DNA of 64,000 bases. Source: Spongospora subterranea f. sp. subterranea. Taxonomy: Eukaryota. The DNA is taken from NCBI GenBank assembly GCA_049724395.1, contig JAUGWO010000060.1, forward strand, positions 1-64,000, written 5' to 3'. Below are positions 62,382-64,000 of this stretch, piece by piece. Position numbers and translations under genes: made by a program. Every line of letters begins with the position of its first letter. Position 1 is the stretch's first letter. The notes beneath the pieces were generated by a model. The model worked only from the letters and a program-made list of their open reading frames with translations. It was not told the origin of the DNA and did not search any database.

Positions 62382-63700
62382 ATGCTGCTTTTCAACCCTC
62401 AAGAGGTGGATTCGATACAGTTTATTATCGAAGAGCCCATCATAAAGGATATCGAACGACGATTGGTAGCTCGAAATGTTGACTCTCGCAGCGTCTGCAA
62501 ATACTTCTTGAAAGGGTAAAAATAACCACACACAATTGGCGTCTAGGCACAAATTCGTTGGATTTTTTTTTTCTGTTGAAACAATTTTTTTTAACGAAGT
62601 GCTTAGCGGCTGCAACAAGAACGAATGTGAATTCAAGCATGCCAGGGGGAGCAGAGAAAAATCGGTTGTTTGTAAACATTGGCTGAGGTAAATCTGAAAC
62701 ATGCTGTTTCTGTTCGAGCCATTGATGCTGACTTTGATCATGTTCTAGAGGGTTGTGTAAAAAGGATGACCAATGTGAATTCTTACACGAGTTTGATATG
62801 TCGCGCATGCCGATATGTCACTTTTGGACAACATATGGCGAATGTTCGAACCCGGATTGCCCATTTTTACATTTAAAACCCGAAGACCGCGTCAAAGACT
62901 GTCTCTGGTACTATCGAGGTTTTTGCAAGCATGGTAGGCATTCAATTTCTTTACAACCTTTTGTGGCTTCAACGAAATTCACATACCTTAGTTACATTAG
63001 TAATCACTTCCGCATTTTCACGATTTTTAGGTCCTAAATGTCGTAATCGCCACGTTCGAAACGAGCCCTGTGTTGATTATATGGCCGGGTTCTGTCCAAA
63101 AGGGCCAGATTGCAAATTTGGACAGTATGTAAATACCTTGTTTTTTTCACGAAAAAATCCTAAACCATAATCCCAGTCCGAAGTTCGACTTACCTCTAGA
63201 CGATACTCGTGGTGGTTCAACAACACCGGCTATCTGTACCCGATGCAATAATGTCGGGCATAAACCTCAGCAATGTCCCCTAAATAACCCCAATCATGTG
63301 GCTCATCATGCTGGTTATCAGCAGCAGCAACGGATTCAGCAATACCAGCAGCATCAACATCATCAACAACAACAAAATCAACAGCAACATCAACAATATC
63401 ATCAACCACCGTATCAACAACATCATCAGTATCAACAACAGAATCAAAATTTCAATGGCTATCAAGGACAACATCAAAGACCTCAATTTAAGTATGACTT
63501 ATTTATTTTTCTATTCACTCAATTATTCTTTTGATTGTTATTTAACGTGTTCATCACAGAGATTTATTAGTATCCGCGTGAGTTTTCGCTAAATACTTTT
63601 GTGTTGATTTAGTTCGGGGAATCAGAATGAAAAGCCTCCCGTACAATACAATAATAGACCTCAATTCAGGCGCCCTGGTCAGCCCGAAACGATGAACTGA
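62382..63700 (+). CDS. CPSF4: CPSF30/Yth1 CCCH zinc-finger polyadenylation factor, multi-exon, with a zinc knuckle and Q/H-rich tail
   Basis: [73 protein letters not shown]. Confidence 0.95.
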
Positions 63701-64000
63701 CGCTTTTGGGACCTCTAGATCCTCACTTTCTACACCCAGAAATGCGTCGACGATAATTTCAATCAATATCACGGGATCTTGATTGTTTCAATATATTAAC
63801 ATTATTATCATCTCATTGTTATCATCGTTTCCTGTTGAAGACAGGACGTTGATCATCGTAATCGAGGAACGTAGTTTTTCCAACTTCGACGTTATCCACG
63901 ACTTTTTCAAAAATATGTGCTCCGAAGTCCGAAGACTCCGTCCGTCAACTTTAAACTGTTGCGACACTACAACACAAAGCAGTGCCGATTTTCTGGTGTA

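Noticed and set aside
63554..64000. Possible 3' end of a minus-strand gene at the window edge
   Set aside because: No identifiable homology and truncated by the window

Overview
Eukaryotic genomic DNA with short GT-AG introns. IFT52 and a tubulin glutamylase imply a flagellated organism, and ALAS implies a Shemin-type heme pathway, so this is probably a protist; the taxon cannot be fixed from the sequence. About 1-30 kb is a graveyard of transposable elements: at least four Ty1/copia families, Ty3/gypsy remnants, a MULE, a poly(A)-tailed SINE-like family and several fold-back structures. From ~12.8 to 21 kb there is a four-layer nested insertion (copia > SINE > MULE > copia), with target-site duplications (TSDs) for the three inner layers. 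About 30-64 kb is gene dense: a PGY-motif ciliary protein candidate, TIM22, TTLL, a TORTIFOLIA1/SPR2-like gene, IFT52, arginyl-tRNA synthetase, carnosine N-methyltransferase, ALAS, a secreted mucin/His-rich protein, a choline/ethanolamine phosphotransferase and CPSF30. The most notable observations are: an ArgRS with a PheRS-beta-like OB tRNA-binding domain inserted in its catalytic region; a copia primer-binding site matching the 5' half of tRNA-Asn; a candidate new SINE family; a ~9 kb GATC/CGATCG-saturated domain; and a full-architecture SPR2 homolog outside plants. Exon boundaries were read by eye and are approximate.
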